Positions 60,143 through 63,301 of a stretch of DNA of 63,301 nucleotides are shown piece by piece (within the stretch, counting starts at the first letter, position 1; each line of letters starts with the position of its first letter). The notes under the pieces are model-generated. The model was not told where the DNA came from, ran no database searches, and saw only the letters and a list, made by a program, of their open reading frames with translations. The stretch covers positions 1 to 63,301 of the forward strand of contig CABYVI010000004.1 in the NCBI GenBank assembly GCA_902522415.1. The letters run 5' to 3'. The stretch comes from an uncultured SAR116 cluster alpha proteobacterium (GTDB lineage: Bacteria; Pseudomonadota; Alphaproteobacteria; Puniceispirillales; GCA-002684695). Both the position numbers and the translations under genes were made by a program.

Positions 60143-60850
60143 ATGACTGAAGAATTTGATGATGAAATAATTTTATCAGAATTAAATGATGAAGAACTTG
60201 TCCAGCAAATGCATGATGACTTGTATGATGGATTACAAGAAGAGGTTGTTGAAGGTGTTGAAATACTTTTAGAAAGGGGTTGGACCCCTTATAAAGTATT
60301 AACAGAAGCATTAGTGGCTGGAATGACTATTGTAGGAATTGACTTTAGAGATGGGATACTATTTGTTCCTGAAGTTCTAATGGCAGCTAATGCAATGAAA
60401 GCAGGAATGAAAATATTAAGACCACTTTTAGCAGAGACAGGCGCTCCTCAGGTTGGTAAAATGGTTATAGGAACCGTTAAGGGTGATATCCACGATATTG
60501 GAAAAAATTTAGTTTCAATGATGATGGAAGGTGCAGGTTTTGAAGTTATTGATATTGGTATTAACAATCCTGTTGAAAATTATTTAGAAGCGCTTGATGA
60601 GCATAAACCAAATATTTTAGGGATGTCAGCTTTATTGACTACAACAATGCCTTACATGAAAGTTGTAATCGATACAATGGTCGAAAAAGGCATAAGAGAT
60701 GATTATATAATCTTAGTTGGAGGAGCGCCATTAAATGAGGAGTTCGCTGAGAGTGTTGGAGCTGATGCCTACTGTAGGGATGCTGCCGTTGCAGTTGAAA
60801 CAGCAAAAAAACTTATCCATGAAAGCAAAGCATCGAATCAAGTTGCATAA
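60143..60850 (+). CDS. Stand-alone corrinoid (B12-binding) protein: cap plus Rossmann domain
   Basis: FVPEVL cap motif, GTVKGDIHDIGKN (DxHxxG), MSALLTTT, VGGAP. Confidence 0.95.
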   Translation: MTEEFDDEIILSELNDEELVQQMHDDLYDGLQEEVVEGVEILLERGWTPYKVLTEALVAGMTIVGIDFRDGILFVPEVLMAANAMKAGMKILRPLLAETGAPQVGKMVIGTVKGDIHDIGKNLVSMMMEGAGFEVIDIGINNPVENYLEALDEHKPNILGMSALLTTTMPYMKVVIDTMVEKGIRDDYIILVGGAPLNEEFAESVGADAYCRDAAVAVETAKKLIHESKASNQVA

Positions 60851-60879
60851 ATAAAAATGTTTAATTTTTATTAGTAAGT

Positions 60880-61200
60880 ATGTCACAAATAATTACTGTA
60901 TTTTGGAGAGATATACCAGCCCAAGTAATTGCTGAGGACGGTAGAGGAAGAAAAAGAAAACAAGTTAAACTTGAACTTGCAAAAAAATTTATTGTTGCTA
61001 TTGATGCCGCCGCCATGAAAAGTGGTGCTGACGGATCAGATGACTATTTAAATGACTGGAGAAGATCTTTACCTGAAAAAATATCTGATAATTTAGATAT
61101 TGAAGCAAACAAATTAAAAAAAGAAATTGAAGAAAAGTTTACCAATGAAACATTAAAAGAATTAATTTTAAATGGTGGTTATCAAAAAAAAGAGGATTAG
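60880..61200 (+). CDS. Small conserved protein (PF13769 'virulence factor'-like)
   Basis: WRDIPAQV...F..AID.AAM......DDYL..WR pattern; located in the corrinoid cluster. Confidence 0.75.
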   Translation: MSQIITVFWRDIPAQVIAEDGRGRKRKQVKLELAKKFIVAIDAAAMKSGADGSDDYLNDWRRSLPEKISDNLDIEANKLKKEIEEKFTNETLKELILNGGYQKKED

Positions 61201-61314
61201 TTGGACCTTAAGTAATAATTATGAACTAGTCGAAAATGAATATTAATTGGACGTTATTAGAACATTAAAATAATTTAACATCAGTATTTAATTTTAAAAA
61301 TAAAATATTAAAAA

Positions 61315-62220
61315 ATGCTCACAGAAAACCCTGTAAATATAATCAAAAATGTTGCAAAAAATTGGTCAATAGAGATAACGCCAAATGCAGCAAACAAAAT
61401 TGATGACTTTTCGAAAATACTCAAAGAAAAAACTATCGTTAACGTTACATTTCTTCCTAATACAAATCTTTTAGAAACAATTGAAGTTAGTAGAAGATTA
61501 TATGAAAGTGGGATGACCCCTGTGCCTCATATTTCTGCAAGAGCCATTCGAAATACAGATGAGCTTGATTATTTTGTTAAAAGCTTAACACAGAGCTGTG
61601 GTGTAAATGAAGTATTAGTAATTGCAGGAAGCTCTTCTTCACCAGCTGACAAGTTTAATGAAACGATGCAAATATTGAATTCAGGTATATTGGAAAAATA
61701 TAATATTCAAAAAGTTGGTGTTGCAGGCCATCCAGAGGGGAGTCCTGATATAAGTGATGAATTAATAAATGAGTCCTTGAAAAGGAAGTATGAATGGTCT
61801 TTAAAGACAGAAATTCCAATATATATAGAAACACAATTTTTGTTTGAAGCAAAACCTGTTTTAGATTGGGAAAAGAATATTAGAGATCAAGGTATGAAAA
61901 TACCAGTTCGTATTGGTGTGCCTGGGCCAGCAACTATTAAAACTTTATTTCAATTTGCTAAATCCTCTGGTATTGGGCCCTCAATGAGAATGATAACTAA
62001 GCAAGCAAAAAATATTTCAAAGTTATTTTTTATCCAAGCTCCAGATAAATATATTTATGATCTTGCTTTCGGGGTACACAATGATAAAAAGTGTACTATT
62101 GAACACCTTCATTTCTATCCTTTTGGTGGCTTTAAAAAAACAGCTTTATGGGCTACTAACCTTGAAAAAGGTGAATTTTCTTTGAACGATAAAGGTGGCT
62201 TTAAAATCCATGAGAATTAA
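61315..62220 (+). CDS. MTHFR-like flavoprotein (divergent MetF)
   Basis: SIEITP, PVPHISAR, VAGHPEG, TQFLF, GPA, LHFYPFGG. Confidence 0.85.
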   Translation: MLTENPVNIIKNVAKNWSIEITPNAANKIDDFSKILKEKTIVNVTFLPNTNLLETIEVSRRLYESGMTPVPHISARAIRNTDELDYFVKSLTQSCGVNEVLVIAGSSSSPADKFNETMQILNSGILEKYNIQKVGVAGHPEGSPDISDELINESLKRKYEWSLKTEIPIYIETQFLFEAKPVLDWEKNIRDQGMKIPVRIGVPGPATIKTLFQFAKSSGIGPSMRMITKQAKNISKLFFIQAPDKYIYDLAFGVHNDKKCTIEHLHFYPFGGFKKTALWATNLEKGEFSLNDKGGFKIHEN

Positions 62221-62253
62221 AATATATAAAATTAGATACTTAAGAGGTCATAT

Positions 62254-63153
62254 ATGTCGAAAACTATAGTTTCATCAGATAAAAAGGAAGTAATTATAGG
62301 TTTTGAACAACCATTTTGTATAATCGGTGAGAGAATAAATCCTACTGGGCGCAAACTTATGGCTGAAGAAATGAAAAAAGGGGATTACACAAGAGTGCTT
62401 TCTGATGCAGAGGCACAAGTCAATGCGGGAGCTCATATGTTGGATGTTAATGCTGGTATTCCTCTAGCAGATGAGCCAGCAATTTTGGCTAAGAGTATTC
62501 AGTTAGTTCAGGATATTGTTGATGTACCTATTTCAATTGATAGCTCAATTGTTGAAGCCTTGGAAGCAGGTCTATCAGTTTATAAGGGGCGTCCATTAGT
62601 AAACTCCGTTACTGGAGAGGAAGAAAGATTGGAAGTTGTTCTTCCTTTAGTTAAAAAATATGATGCAGCAGTTGTTGCTATTTCAAATGATGAAACAGGA
62701 ATATCAGAAGATCCAAATATTAGGTTTGAAGTAGCAAAAAAAATTGTAGAAAGAGCTGAAGATTACGGCATCAAAAGAGAGGACGTAGTTGTTGATCCTC
62801 TCGTAATGCCAGTGGGTGCAATTAATTCGGCTGGAATTGGAGTTTTCCAGTTAATTAAAAGACTAAGAGACGAACTCAAAGTTAATACAACATGTGGTGC
62901 TTCTAATATTTCTTTTGGTTTGCCTAATAGACATGGATTAAATTCATCATTTTTGGCAATGGCAATGGGTGCTGGTATGACTTCAGCTATAATGAATCCC
63001 CTTCACAGTGAAGAGGTTACTGCCATAAAAGGTGCAGATGTTATGATGGGTGTTGATCCAGAATGTAGAAGATGGATCAAAACTTTTAGAGAACCATCTG
63101 TAGAAAAAGAAAATGGCAATAATAGATCAAGACCGAGAAGACGAAGAAGATAG
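62254..63153 (+). CDS. Methyltetrahydrofolate:corrinoid methyltransferase (pterin-binding domain)
   Basis: IIGERINPTG, LDVNAG, ISIDSS, LVNSV, DPLV, GASNISFGLP.R. Confidence 0.92.
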   Translation: MSKTIVSSDKKEVIIGFEQPFCIIGERINPTGRKLMAEEMKKGDYTRVLSDAEAQVNAGAHMLDVNAGIPLADEPAILAKSIQLVQDIVDVPISIDSSIVEALEAGLSVYKGRPLVNSVTGEEERLEVVLPLVKKYDAAVVAISNDETGISEDPNIRFEVAKKIVERAEDYGIKREDVVVDPLVMPVGAINSAGIGVFQLIKRLRDELKVNTTCGASNISFGLPNRHGLNSSFLAMAMGAGMTSAIMNPLHSEEVTAIKGADVMMGVDPECRRWIKTFREPSVEKENGNNRSRPRRRRR

Positions 63154-63165
63154 ATTATTTTTTAA

Positions 63166-63301
63166 ATGAAACTAAAACAAACTGAACACCTTAAAGATAG
63201 TAAAAAAAGTTTTAAGGTTTTCTTTGCGCCATCTGGTAAGCAAGCCTTAGTTGATGAAAATAAAACAGTTCTTGAGGTTGCCAGAAGCATTGGAGTAGAT
63301 A
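63166..63301 (+). CDS. Probable RACo/RamA-type ASKHA corrinoid activator with N-terminal 2Fe-2S domain (partial)
   Basis: MKLKQTEHLKDSKKSFKVFFAPSGKQALVDENKTVLEVARSIGVD: ferredoxin-like V.F.PSG...TVL..AR..GVD start, directly after the methyltransferase; runs off the window. Confidence 0.65.
   Translation, partial: MKLKQTEHLKDSKKSFKVFFAPSGKQALVDENKTVLEVARSIGVD

Overview
AT-rich, very gene-dense core-genome window from a streamlined alphaproteobacterium. A marine SAR116/AEGEAN-169-like organism is my inference from gene content and composition, not a classification result. It holds about 68 CDS: Entner-Doudoroff zwf/edd, ribF-ileS-lspA-mutL, a lipid A cluster (lpxL-lpxK-waaA-lpxJ-msbA-ctpA-like), gshA, the aa3 cytochrome c oxidase operon, thrC/thrB/ispH/rnhA, the ATP synthase Fo operon, smc, mutY, a voltage-gated K+ channel, and the start of a split cobalamin methyl-transfer cluster (corrinoid protein, PF13769-like protein, MTHFR-like protein, MeTHF methyltransferase, RACo/ASKHA activator). 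There are two tRNA-Leu genes. I saw no integrase, transposase, prophage or CRISPR array. The best signals missing from the ORF track are: (1) a compact SuhB/MmgR-like small RNA gene with its own sigma70 promoter, anti-SD motif, terminator and two TGCATTGCA operator-like sites; (2) two genes that appear to start at AUU, each 7 nt after a Shine-Dalgarno-like motif; (3) msbA lying inverted inside the lipid A operon; (4) two small proteins below the ORF-track size cutoff; (5) a hypothetical protein with gamma-glutamylcyclotransferase-like motifs. All family calls come from motif recognition and recalled synteny; no searches were run.
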